From assembly GCA_036679065.1 (NCBI GenBank), contig JAZIGN010000003.1, positions 192,001 through 256,000 on the forward strand: a DNA stretch of 64,000 nucleotides, read 5' to 3'. This DNA comes from Coprothermobacterota bacterium (GTDB taxonomy: Bacteria; Coprothermobacterota; Coprothermobacteria; Coprothermobacterales; Coprothermobacteraceae). Of this stretch, positions 30,319-39,506 are shown piece by piece. Numbering within the stretch: the first letter of the stretch is position 1; every line of letters starts with the position of its first letter. A program made the translations under genes and the position numbers. The notes beneath the pieces were generated by a model, which saw only the letters and a program-made list of their open reading frames with translations, had not been told where the DNA came from and ran no database searches.

Positions 30319-31636
30319 CGAATGGAAGCCTCACTCCCACAGGACATACGTCACTGCATAGTCCGCACTTAGTACAGACTTCTTTTGTGAATGCAAGTTT
30401 AGCGTTTATAAGCTTCAAAGCGCCAGTTGGACAAACGGAGGTGCATAAGCCACAATCCACGCAAGTGGGATCGTCTTTTGTAAGGGGTTTTCCTTCCATA
30501 ACTTGTGGGAGCTTTTTTACTATGCGTGGCTCATGAAAATACGCCACTGGCTCTGTAAGCAAAAATGCACCTTGGCTGATCCAGTGTTTCAGAACATCTG
30601 CAATTTCTCTTGCCATGTTCAAACTTGATATGGGAGCTGTTTTCACTTTCTTGCCGTTTAACTCTGCAAAACCTGAGCGAAGCTCTTCGTAGGTCATGTA
30701 GCCAATGGTCGGGTGATCTGGCAACGCATAGTCCTTGATTTCCGTGGTTATTTCAGCATTGCTCCGCGAGGCAAAGTAAGCCACATCATCGTTTATTATG
30801 GGTATGGGTATGCCGATGCCTACAAACAGAGTCACACCGTAGTTTTTGAAATAAGCAGCTCTGAGGTAACGTGCATTCATCTTTTTTGCATCGCCAATAA
30901 CTGCAAGTGTTCTTGCGCTTCCCATGGGTATGCCCCATTGATTAACCTGCACCTGATCAGTGAACTGGGTTCCCGGCCAAACCACGTACCCTTCTGTGCC
31001 GCACAAAAAGATACGTGTTCCTAAACCAATGGTGAGCATGTTGGGGTCTTTTAGTAGCGGGCTTAGTTCACCTGACGTGGAGTAGTTCATGTTCCCAAAA
31101 TTGGGCAGCAGTTTCCCCATGTAGGTGTAAAGTATTCTTTTACTGCTGTTGGTTGCTGCTGCATAGTTTTGATAAGCATTTCTCGGGTTGAACAAGAAGA
31201 AATCGTTGATCATATCCTTGTTAATAAAACCTGCAAAAGTCTTCCTTGGATAGCAGTCCGTTCCCTTACCCTGAGCTTCTAAGAAGACATCTTTGCCTTT
31301 TATGAGTGCTTCAATAATGTGAGCTCCCCCAAAAGATTTGTCCTCATCCGATTCTTGCGTAGCTCCGAGGAAACCATCTACGGCAGCAACACCACCGTAA
31401 ACCTCTACATCACTCAGTTTTATTTTTTCCATGCGCATTGGGGGTGTGGTGTGGCCAAAGTTGATAAATGCACCGCTGGAACACATGGGAGCAAAAGTAC
31501 CGGTTGTCACCACGTCCACCTTTTCTGCAATTTCTTTGGGGGAAGATTCTTTTGCCATTTGCACAACTTCTTCCGCTGTCAAGACGACAGCCTGCCCACT
31601 GCGTATCTTGGCATTGATTTCCTCAATGGTCTTCAT
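30305..31636 (-). CDS. DUF39 homocysteine-biosynthesis protein (aspartate-semialdehyde sulfurtransferase) fused to a 2x[4Fe-4S] ferredoxin
   Basis: VDVVTTGTFAPMCSSG, GTDCYPR, NPRNAYQNY; C-terminal CVDCGLCTSVCP and CTKCGLCSDVCP. Confidence 0.9.
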   Translation of the reverse strand: MKTIEEINAKIRSGQAVVLTAEEVVQMAKESSPKEIAEKVDVVTTGTFAPMCSSGAFINFGHTTPPMRMEKIKLSDVEVYGGVAAVDGFLGATQESDEDKSFGGAHIIEALIKGKDVFLEAQGKGTDCYPRKTFAGFINKDMINDFFLFNPRNAYQNYAAATNSSKRILYTYMGKLLPNFGNMNYSTSGELSPLLKDPNMLTIGLGTRIFLCGTEGYVVWPGTQFTDQVQVNQWGIPMGSARTLAVIGDAKKMNARYLRAAYFKNYGVTLFVGIGIPIPIINDDVAYFASRSNAEITTEIKDYALPDHPTIGYMTYEELRSGFAELNGKKVKTAPISSLNMAREIADVLKHWISQGAFLLTEPVAYFHEPRIVKKLPQVMEGKPLTKDDPTCVDCGLCTSVCPTGALKLINAKLAFTKEVCTKCGLCSDVCPVGVRLPFDEQR

Positions 31637-32982
31637 GGGTTCTGTTCACCTCCACTGAAAAACTCTTCATGGATGGCTTTTAATGCCTTTTGTCTGTCTG
31701 CTGTGCGCACAAGGAAATAAATGGTTACGTTTGATGCCCCAGCTGATATCATTTCAACATTTATTCCTTGTCTGGATACTGCAGAGAATATGCGTGCTGC
31801 CACACTGTGTCTTTTAAGTAAGCCGTCACCCACAGCTGCGATAAGAGATATGTCTGTCTTGTAAAGAATGCTTTCCACATAAGGGATGTTCATGCGCTGC
31901 GTGGCTTTCTTGCATTTATCAATGTCTTGTTTGGAAATCAGCACATTAATGCTGGTCTGCGAAGTTATAACGGACTTTATGTTTATGTTCGCGTTGCCCA
32001 GAGTGGATGCAATGGTACCTAAAATACCTGGCACTCTTCCTACATTTTCTCCGGCAAACTGGATTACGGCTACATCGTCAGTGAAAGAGATGCTCTTTAC
32101 CACACCGTGGGTTATGCAAGAATCAGCAGAGATAACTGTATCGGGTCCTTCTTGCGGATTGAATGTGTTCATGTTGTAAATGTGTACGGGAATGTGCCCT
32201 TTGCTAGCTGGTTCAATGGCAGAATGGTGAAGAATTTTGGCTCCAAAGTAAGAAAGCTCTGCTGCTTCATCGTAGCTGAGCTGCCTTATGGGTTTTGCTT
32301 CTTTTAGGAATTTTGGGTCACAGCTCATGAAACCAGGCACATCCTTGTACAGCTCAGCCCTTTCAGCACTCAGGCAATAAGCAAGTGAAGTGGCTGTGTA
32401 ATCGCTACCTCCTCTACCTAGTACGGTGACCTTGCCATCGCAAACACCGTAAAATCCGGGGACCACGTAATTTTGATCTTCTTCAAAATGCTGTTTCACG
32501 TGGGCTTCTGTTTGACTTAGGTCCACTGTGGCATTCCCGTAAGTGCCATCAGTTATGAGACCGAACTGTTCTGGAAGCATTTCTGAGCAGGTTATGTCGC
32601 GGCCATTAAGATGGATTGTGAGTAGCAGAGAAGAGCAGCGTTCTCCGTGACTGAGAACGTAATCGTAAACGAATGGAGGGGCTTCACCTATGAGCTGAGC
32701 ACCGAGAAGGAAGTCCCTTATGGCAAATACGCGTTGGTGCAGCTCTAAGGACGGGTTTTGCAAAAAAGCCTGATAAATACGCTCCATGTTCTCAAGAAAC
32801 TCTTTGATGTCCAAGGTTGCTAGATTATCGAGTGCCTCTTTTAGCATGTTAGTTACGCCACTAACGGCTGACACCACAAGTACAAACGGTGTTTGACGCA
32901 GCCGCAAAATGTTTTCAATCTTTTCCAAATCACCTTTGCTTTTCAGCGTGGAACCACCAAATTTCAAGACAATGCTTTTCAC
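31633..32982 (-). CDS. Aspartate kinase with two ACT domains
   Basis: KFGGS, LGRGGSDYTA, ELSYFGAKILH. Confidence 0.95.
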   Translation of the reverse strand: MKSIVLKFGGSTLKSKGDLEKIENILRLRQTPFVLVVSAVSGVTNMLKEALDNLATLDIKEFLENMERIYQAFLQNPSLELHQRVFAIRDFLLGAQLIGEAPPFVYDYVLSHGERCSSLLLTIHLNGRDITCSEMLPEQFGLITDGTYGNATVDLSQTEAHVKQHFEEDQNYVVPGFYGVCDGKVTVLGRGGSDYTATSLAYCLSAERAELYKDVPGFMSCDPKFLKEAKPIRQLSYDEAAELSYFGAKILHHSAIEPASKGHIPVHIYNMNTFNPQEGPDTVISADSCITHGVVKSISFTDDVAVIQFAGENVGRVPGILGTIASTLGNANINIKSVITSQTSINVLISKQDIDKCKKATQRMNIPYVESILYKTDISLIAAVGDGLLKRHSVAARIFSAVSRQGINVEMISAGASNVTIYFLVRTADRQKALKAIHEEFFSGGEQNP

Positions 32983-35306
32983 GGCTCATTGCCACCTTTT
33001 CTTTCCATGAAGGCTTTGCAGATTTGCAGTGCTTCCATGGCATCTTTTGCGTACTCCACACCGAATTCATCTGCCAGTTGTCTGTTCATGGAGGCTCCGC
33101 CGGCTATGACAAAGGCTTGTATGTTGTTTGCCTTGAGCATATCCACCACTTCTTTCACTTGCGATACGGTGGTGGTCATCATGGCTGACAGGCCCACAAT
33201 ATCGGGTTTGTACTCTTGGCAAGCTTCAAGAATGGTGTGAGCTGGGACGTCTTTCCCCACATCATAAACATCGAAACCACCGCTTCTTAGTACGGTGGCC
33301 ACTATGTTCTTCCCAATGTCATGAATATCCCCCTGAACTGTGGCAAGAAGTACTTTTCCCAGTTTTACCTGTGCTTCACCCAATAGGCTGTTTAGGTAAT
33401 CAAAACAAGGCTGGACTGTTTCTGCTGCTAATATGAGGTGTGGCAGGTAAATAACGCCTTTTGCATAAAGCTCACCCACTTTTTGCATGGCTTCAGCCAG
33501 AATGTGTTGACTCACATAAAGTGGATCATGCTCGTTTAGCTGCTGCTTGGTGAACTCCAGCAACGCATCTTTTTGTCCCTTTACTATGAGGTTTACCAGC
33601 TCGTCATCAATGGCGTTCTGCGTCGTACCAAGCTGTTTGCCCTTCAGCGCCAGACATCCTTGAAGAACGTTCATAGTGGTGGCTTCCTTGCTGTTCAATA
33701 TGGCGGCGCTGAGTCCGTTTTCCACACTTAGCCCCAGGAAAGCGGCATTAATACTTTCCCTATTTGGCATACCAAAGCTTAAATTGGACAGCCCTATGGA
33801 AGTTTGTAAGCCAGATTCCGTGAGCGATTTAATGGTATTTAGTGTTACATGGTAGTCACTGCCAGCCCCTAGTGGCAAAACTAATGGATCAAAAAACACC
33901 CTTTTTAGGTCAACACCGTTAGCTTTAATGATTTCTACAGCCTTTTTTGCCACACTTAAGCGATCCTGTGCGGTTTGTGGAATGTCTTTCTCCATGGTGA
34001 GTACAATTAGCATGCCCCCGTACTTCTTTAGCAGAGCTAGCCTACTGTTAAGGTGTTCTTCTCTTGCCAGAGCTGAGTTGATAAGCGGCCTGCCCACGTA
34101 TTCACGCATGGCCGTTTCCAGAAAGGCCGCGTCTTGTATGTCCAAGGAAAGAGGTAAAGAAGAAACCCTATCTAATTCCAGTACGGCTTGTTTAAAGTGT
34201 TCATGAGTGAGCAGTTTTTCTATGCCCAAGTTTACGTCAATAACTGCGGAGCCCTCTTCTTCTTGCTTGCGTGCCAAATTGAGCATCTCTGTGTAGTCCA
34301 TATCTTGGAAGCTCTTCTGTAGCTTTTTACGTCCACTGGCGTTTATGCGTTCCCCGATCACCAAAAACGGTTCTACAGTTTTTATCACAGTGCGCGATGA
34401 CAAAAACTGGTCATTTCTCACAGTTCTCTGACGTGGTTTTTGCTTCCCCACATACTTGCTCATGAGCGCTATATGGTCTGGACCAGTACCACAGCAGCCG
34501 CCCACCAAGTTTGCTCCCAATTCCACAAAATCTGCCATGTAAACTGCAAATTCTTCCGGTGTGCTTTTATACGTAAGCACACCTTTGTTGTACAAGGGTT
34601 TGCCTGCGTTGGGTTCCACAGAGAGGGGCTTGTGGCAATATTCTGCTAATCGCATGAACACGGGAAGCATGTCCTTTGGTTCCAAGGTGCAGTTTATGCC
34701 AACTACGTCCACATCTAAATCGTTCATCAAAGTTGCAAAAATCTCCACTGATGTTCCCGTAACACTGATACCATCTGCTTCAAAAGTCATGTGGGCAATG
34801 AGCGGTATATCCGTTGATACGTTGCGGATGGCCAATATGGCTGCTTTTAGCTCTTTCAAGTCGGACATGGTCTCCACAATGATGCCGTCTACTCCAGCGT
34901 CAATGAGCAGCGCGGCTTGTTCTCGAAATACGTTGTATGCTTCTTCAAAATCCAAGTCGCCCAGAGGCCTTACAAACATGCCCGTGGAAGACATATCACC
35001 AAGTACCAATTTGCCGGGAGCTGCGTGGCGGGCAATCTTCACAGCGTTCTCATTTATTTTTCTTATGTGCTCTTCCAACCCCATGGATCGCAGTTTTAGG
35101 CGGTTAGCACTGAAGGTATTGGTAAGTACAACATCAGCTCCTGCCTCAGCGTACGCTTTCTGAAGATCTTCTACTACTTTGGGGGTGTCAATATTAAGCA
35201 GTTCCACCGCGCCTTTGTAACCCTGCTTGAAAAACTCCGTACCATAGGCACCATCAAGAAATAAAACACGTTCACTTAACAGTTCTAAGAATGTTTTTCT
35301 GTTCAT
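32979..35306 (-). CDS. metH: Cobalamin-dependent methionine synthase lacking the reactivation domain (split type)
   Basis: LDGAYGT, GGCCGT, IGERIN, GDIHDIGKNIV; ATG 35306 overlaps upstream stop. Confidence 0.95.
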   Translation of the reverse strand: MNRKTFLELLSERVLFLDGAYGTEFFKQGYKGAVELLNIDTPKVVEDLQKAYAEAGADVVLTNTFSANRLKLRSMGLEEHIRKINENAVKIARHAAPGKLVLGDMSSTGMFVRPLGDLDFEEAYNVFREQAALLIDAGVDGIIVETMSDLKELKAAILAIRNVSTDIPLIAHMTFEADGISVTGTSVEIFATLMNDLDVDVVGINCTLEPKDMLPVFMRLAEYCHKPLSVEPNAGKPLYNKGVLTYKSTPEEFAVYMADFVELGANLVGGCCGTGPDHIALMSKYVGKQKPRQRTVRNDQFLSSRTVIKTVEPFLVIGERINASGRKKLQKSFQDMDYTEMLNLARKQEEEGSAVIDVNLGIEKLLTHEHFKQAVLELDRVSSLPLSLDIQDAAFLETAMREYVGRPLINSALAREEHLNSRLALLKKYGGMLIVLTMEKDIPQTAQDRLSVAKKAVEIIKANGVDLKRVFFDPLVLPLGAGSDYHVTLNTIKSLTESGLQTSIGLSNLSFGMPNRESINAAFLGLSVENGLSAAILNSKEATTMNVLQGCLALKGKQLGTTQNAIDDELVNLIVKGQKDALLEFTKQQLNEHDPLYVSQHILAEAMQKVGELYAKGVIYLPHLILAAETVQPCFDYLNSLLGEAQVKLGKVLLATVQGDIHDIGKNIVATVLRSGGFDVYDVGKDVPAHTILEACQEYKPDIVGLSAMMTTTVSQVKEVVDMLKANNIQAFVIAGGASMNRQLADEFGVEYAKDAMEALQICKAFMERKGGNEP

Positions 35307-35866
35307 TGATACCACCCAATCATGCAAGTGGTTGTTTTCCGAGGTACCATTTCGCCACTGCTTAGTACTCTTACGTTTTCCACTCTGATCAGCTCCTTCA
35401 CAATGTATTGGTTCATGCGGACATCCACATCTCCGTAACCAGGAGAGAACCTCATAGTACCTTCTCCAAACTTCTGGCGCAGTTCCTTATCAAAGCTTTC
35501 ATTGAGGGTTTCTAATGCTTCTGATGCCCAGGCATCTAGCAAGAACGCATCAAAGGTTTTACCTCGATTCAGATATGAGCTGATTAGATTGTCAATTTCT
35601 TCTCCAAGCGTAGAAAGAAAAACAGTTACTTGTTTCACTCCCTGGAATATGCTAGGCAGGAGTTGTGGCAGGAGCGTTTGTGAGTCACTGGTGATGTAGT
35701 AGATCACAGGATCAATGTGGGAAAAGCCCTCTAAGAACAGTCTGTTTGCTCGTTCCATGAAGTCTTTTTCTTTGACAAGAAACGCATAGCGCGCTCCAGC
35801 GCGCGCCAGGAAAACCTTCTTGTCAGGCATGCAGGTTGCCTTTTCTGGTACATAAACCTTTGCCAC
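35303..35866 (-). CDS. Stand-alone methionine synthase reactivation domain (start GTG 35866 or ATG 35890)
   Basis: LDAWASE, RFSPGYGD, MVPRKTT motifs; coupled to metH. Confidence 0.88.
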   Translation of the reverse strand: MAKVYVPEKATCMPDKKVFLARAGARYAFLVKEKDFMERANRLFLEGFSHIDPVIYYITSDSQTLLPQLLPSIFQGVKQVTVFLSTLGEEIDNLISSYLNRGKTFDAFLLDAWASEALETLNESFDKELRQKFGEGTMRFSPGYGDVDVRMNQYIVKELIRVENVRVLSSGEMVPRKTTTCMIGWYQ

Positions 35867-35940
35867 TGTTTCTTTCCCTCCTTTCGCCATGGTGCTTCTG
35901 GTTTGTTCATGCTCAGAGGTAAGTTCCTGCGATGACCAAA

Positions 35941-35983
35941 TAAAAAAGGGGCGTTCTCAAAAAGCATATAGAGAACGCCCCTT
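35941..35983 (-). terminator. Attenuator terminator in the met operon leader
   Basis: Minus strand AAGGGGCGTTCTC-loop-GAGAACGCCCC-TTTTTT, between promoter and first gene. Confidence 0.9.
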
Positions 35984-36012
35984 CGGGTACCTCCGAGCGC
36001 AAGTGTTATGCA

Positions 36013-36087
36013 CTACACGCCCGGAGCACCTCCCGGGGCGTTGGTGCACATTATCATAGACATACTAAAAGAACAGAAAAAATCCAT
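36013..36087 (-). CDS. Putative Met/Cys-rich leader peptide MDFFCSFSMSMIMCTNAPGGAPGV (in-frame alternative starts GTG 36111, ATG 36126)
   Basis: MSMIMC codon cluster immediately 5' of an antiterminator arm; stop codon lies inside that arm. Confidence 0.8.
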   Translation of the reverse strand: MDFFCSFSMSMIMCTNAPGGAPGV

Positions 36088-36138
36088 TGTGCTCTTGTCT
36101 AATTTATCCACTTCGTTCACCCACATTCAATTTGTCGT

Positions 36139-36167
36139 AGTATAACACCCGGACAAAGTAAATGCAA
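36139..36167 (-). promoter_or_regulatory. Sigma70-type promoter of the met leader
   Basis: TTGCAT (36162-36167), 17-nt spacer, TGn-TATACT (36139-36144). Confidence 0.75.
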
Positions 36168-36172
36168 CATTT

Positions 36173-37885
36173 TTACTGTGGAAATTTGTAAAAGTTTTTG
36201 GAAGCCATGAGTAGCAGTTCATAGGTGACCGCTGCAATCACTACAGATAAACAAATTATGCTTACGTAAATGAGGTTAGTACTCACTTGTTTGTTTAGAA
36301 GGAAGATGGCAGTTGCCCCCATGATACCCACTGGTATAAGAGATAAAAGGAAAAACAATAGTGTAAAGATTCCACGTTTGAAGAGTTGTTGTGGTGTTAC
36401 CCAGTCGAGTTTAGGCATCAAAGCGTCTAGTGCCATGTTTACACAGATGGGCGGAATCATGGCAGGAACAAGCAATGCAATCACCGTAACTATATCCGAC
36501 AGCGACCTGCGAAATAGCAGGGAGAAAGCTACGGTTATCAATGTTGCAAAAACAGTCTCAATGGCAACACAGTTCATAAGTTTTGCATTTACTTGTTCCC
36601 TTCTTTCCACGGGTATGGTTAAAGACATCCAGTAAGTGCTTCCTTCTCTGCTAAACGCTGTGTAACTTACGGAGTTCATAGCAATGCTCATTAACAAAAT
36701 ACTGGCCAATATGAGGTTCATTATGAGATCGCCATTGGGGACATTTAGTAACTGGCTTAAGTCGTTCCCGCTTTGCCCTCCGCTGGAAGATGTGATCATG
36801 GGCAAAAACACTGCAATAAAAAAGATTATGAAAGGGGACAAGGCATTACTTAAGAAAAGTGGCGTTCGCCAGAAAAGTTTCCATTCTTTAGAAAAAAGCG
36901 CCATGGTATGGGTTCTTGTTGTATTAGAGGCCTTAGAGATTTCCTTGCGTGTTAGTCTTTTCTGAGGTGCAGTTGATTCCATACCTGCAATGGCAGCCTT
37001 GTAAAACACCTGCTCTGATATGGCAAGCATACAAATAAAAGCAGCAAATGACATACCAAGAAAAAGAAGAAGGTACAGTAGCCCCTGTGCATTAGGTAAT
37101 GCAATAGCTTTTGCACCCCATAGCGAAGGTGGGAATGCAGCACTAACAGCCTTCAGTATGTTTGCCTGCTCCGAAAGGATCTCTGGTGCATTGCCCATGG
37201 TGGTCAAGCGCTGTGAAAACAGTTGGATACCGATGCCAATAGCTGCGCCAACCAAGGAACCAAGTACAGTAAATATGGTTCTGTTCTTTGTCAGATTCAC
37301 AAAACGCATCAAGATAACGACAATGACTGCTGCTATGGAAAGTGGAAGAAGGGGAGACGTCAAAGTCACAATGGCAGCAACTATCCAGTACATCGCACCT
37401 ACCTGTATGTAGTAAGCATAAAGCCCTATGCCTGCTACCAAAAGGGGAACAAGTAGAGTGTATAAGGTAATCTGTGTGACCAATAGCTTTGTTGCAATTA
37501 TCTGCCAAGGTTTGAATGGCATCGTAATAAGCATGGGCAAGTCTTTAGAATAGTAGAAAGTGCTCATCAAGGTAAAGATGCCTGTGACCAACCCAAGCAG
37601 CTGAGCAGAAAGCAGTGCTACCACCAATACAAGCTCAGGCTGCCCAACCATAAAGCCTGCTTTTATAACTATGTTGAAAGCAGTACTAAAGAAGCCAAAG
37701 AAAAGGAACAGCAAAAAAAGCATGATCAAGACTGCAAAAAGCGTCTGCATCAAGGTGCGCTTGTTCTTGAAGATCTTGTATCTGAGGGCAGACAAATTGA
37801 ACTGCACTTTTAACTGGGTTTTGACTAACGAAAGGAAGGCTCTACTGCTGTTGTTCACTTTGCGCACCTTGTACTGTTTCTTCAT
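36173..37885 (-). CDS. ABC-2 type transporter permease (duplicated membrane domain)
   Basis: Many TM segments, YYSKDLPML, FSREG motifs; coupled to ATPase. Confidence 0.82.
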   Translation of the reverse strand: MKKQYKVRKVNNSSRAFLSLVKTQLKVQFNLSALRYKIFKNKRTLMQTLFAVLIMLFLLFLFFGFFSTAFNIVIKAGFMVGQPELVLVVALLSAQLLGLVTGIFTLMSTFYYSKDLPMLITMPFKPWQIIATKLLVTQITLYTLLVPLLVAGIGLYAYYIQVGAMYWIVAAIVTLTSPLLPLSIAAVIVVILMRFVNLTKNRTIFTVLGSLVGAAIGIGIQLFSQRLTTMGNAPEILSEQANILKAVSAAFPPSLWGAKAIALPNAQGLLYLLLFLGMSFAAFICMLAISEQVFYKAAIAGMESTAPQKRLTRKEISKASNTTRTHTMALFSKEWKLFWRTPLFLSNALSPFIIFFIAVFLPMITSSSGGQSGNDLSQLLNVPNGDLIMNLILASILLMSIAMNSVSYTAFSREGSTYWMSLTIPVERREQVNAKLMNCVAIETVFATLITVAFSLLFRRSLSDIVTVIALLVPAMIPPICVNMALDALMPKLDWVTPQQLFKRGIFTLLFFLLSLIPVGIMGATAIFLLNKQVSTNLIYVSIICLSVVIAAVTYELLLMASKNFYKFPQ

Positions 37886-38597
37886 CAGTTAACTGCAGGA
37901 ATAGCTCTTCAAGCGATTCGTTGCGTTGTCCGTGACGCAGCTCCTCAAGCGTACCACAGGCGACTAAGCGGCCCCTGTCAATGATGCCTATGCGGTCGCA
38001 AAGCCTTTCTGCTACCTCCAGTACGTGCGTGGAGAAAAATACCGTGTGCCCCTGATCGCAGTGTTCTCTCATCATCTTCTTAAGTTGAAAAGCCGAACGC
38101 GGATCCAAACCCACCATAGGTTCGTCCAAGATCCATACTGAAGGATTATGCAGAAGTGCACCAATGAGTACGGTTTTTTGCCGCATACCGTGTGAATAGC
38201 CTTCTATGAGCCCACCTATGGCATTAGTCATGTCAAAAGCATCCAGCAAATAATTCAGGCGTTCTTGACGCAGGTGCGATGGCACATCGTACACATCAGC
38301 TATGAAATTCAAATATTCAATACCAGTTAGCTTTTCGTAAATATCAGGGTTGTCAGGTACGTATGCGATGGACTTTTTCACTTCCAGTGGTTGGGTGCGT
38401 ATATCATAGCCATCAATCTTGATAGACCCAGATGTGGGTTCTAACAGGCCAACCATCATTTTAATAGTAGTAGACTTGCCAGCCCCGTTAGGACCGATGA
38501 AGCCGAAAAGCTCACCGGACTGAACTGTGAGGCTCAGGTTATCGACTGCTTTTACACCGCTCCTATAAATCTTTGTGACTCCTGTAAGTTCAATCAA
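37842..38597 (-). CDS. ABC transporter ATP-binding protein
   Basis: GPNGAGKST, YSHGMRQK, LDEPMVGLDP. Confidence 0.95.
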   Translation of the reverse strand: MIELTGVTKIYRSGVKAVDNLSLTVQSGELFGFIGPNGAGKSTTIKMMVGLLEPTSGSIKIDGYDIRTQPLEVKKSIAYVPDNPDIYEKLTGIEYLNFIADVYDVPSHLRQERLNYLLDAFDMTNAIGGLIEGYSHGMRQKTVLIGALLHNPSVWILDEPMVGLDPRSAFQLKKMMREHCDQGHTVFFSTHVLEVAERLCDRIGIIDRGRLVACGTLEELRHGQRNESLEELFLQLTDEETVQGAQSEQQQ

Positions 38598-38796
38598 TTC
38601 GCGATCCTCCTAGTATGTCGTTAATTCATGCACAATCTTAACACCCTATCAGTGCGTACCGTTATAAATTAAGTAAGTTTCTACGCAAAACACACAAGGA
38701 GACTAACTCAAGCAAAATATTACCTACAATAGCATTTAGGTAAAAGTGAAAGCTTCTCCTATGCTTGGCACTTAAAGGTGTTTTAATCCTCCCCCT

Positions 38797-39489
38797 TTAT
38801 CGTACTAAGCACTGTAATACGTAATTTTCAGTTAGATTTGCTATTTGTTCAAGCTCTTCATGAGTGTAAGGTTCAAACTGTGCAAGGAACAAGGGGTCTA
38901 GTATTTTTGTTGGTACGCAACGTTGCAGGATGTACAGCTTCTCACCTTGAAGCATTTTTGCAATGTTTACTATGTCTTCTCTTGAAAGAATATTTCTCGC
39001 TATTGTGGTGCGAAATTCATGGTCTACAGTGGATTGTTTTATTAGCTCAATGCTTTTCTCAATGTCTGGTTTATCTACTGGCACCTTTGTCACCTCTGAG
39101 TATTTCTCCAAAGGTGCCTTTATATCCATGGCAATGTAATCCACCAAGTTTGCAGAAAGTAAGTCTTTTAGAACGTCTGGGTTACTGCCGTTCGTATCAA
39201 GTTTTATGAGAAATCCCATTTTCCTAATTTTTTCTAAAAATGGCTGAAGATCTTCTTGTAGCGTTGGCTCGCCGCCTGTAACGACTACGGCATCCAGTTT
39301 TTGTGTTCTGCTTTGAAGAAACGCCAAAAACTCTTCTTCCTGCCATGGTTCAGCATACTGCTGTGGGTCTACAAGTTCTGGGTTGTGGCAGTACGGGCAG
39401 CGAAAATTGCAGCCTCTTGTAAAGACGATGGCGCTTATCTTTCCAGGGTAATCAATCAAAGAGAATTTCTGCAATCCACCAATAATCAT
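38797..39489 (-). CDS. nrdG: Anaerobic ribonucleotide reductase activating radical-SAM enzyme
   Basis: CNFRCPYCHNP, TGGEP; downstream of nrdD. Confidence 0.93.
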   Translation of the reverse strand: MIIGGLQKFSLIDYPGKISAIVFTRGCNFRCPYCHNPELVDPQQYAEPWQEEEFLAFLQSRTQKLDAVVVTGGEPTLQEDLQPFLEKIRKMGFLIKLDTNGSNPDVLKDLLSANLVDYIAMDIKAPLEKYSEVTKVPVDKPDIEKSIELIKQSTVDHEFRTTIARNILSREDIVNIAKMLQGEKLYILQRCVPTKILDPLFLAQFEPYTHEELEQIANLTENYVLQCLVR

Positions 39490-39506
39490 GCCCTTCTTGT
39501 CTACCT

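Noticed and set aside
32492..32507. parS-like half site TGTTTCACGTGG inside aspartate kinase (similar partial at ~60785-60800)
   Set aside because: Second half does not match; not palindromic
34561..35163. 200-aa plus-strand ORF and many similar short antisense ORFs
   Set aside because: Shadow frames opposite well-supported genes, with no motifs
35941..36140. SAM-I riboswitch or Met T-box upstream of the met operon
   Set aside because: No TTATC..AGA/GAGGGA SAM-I core and no TGGNACCGCG T-box; a leader ORF explains the hairpins better. An Infernal search is still needed.
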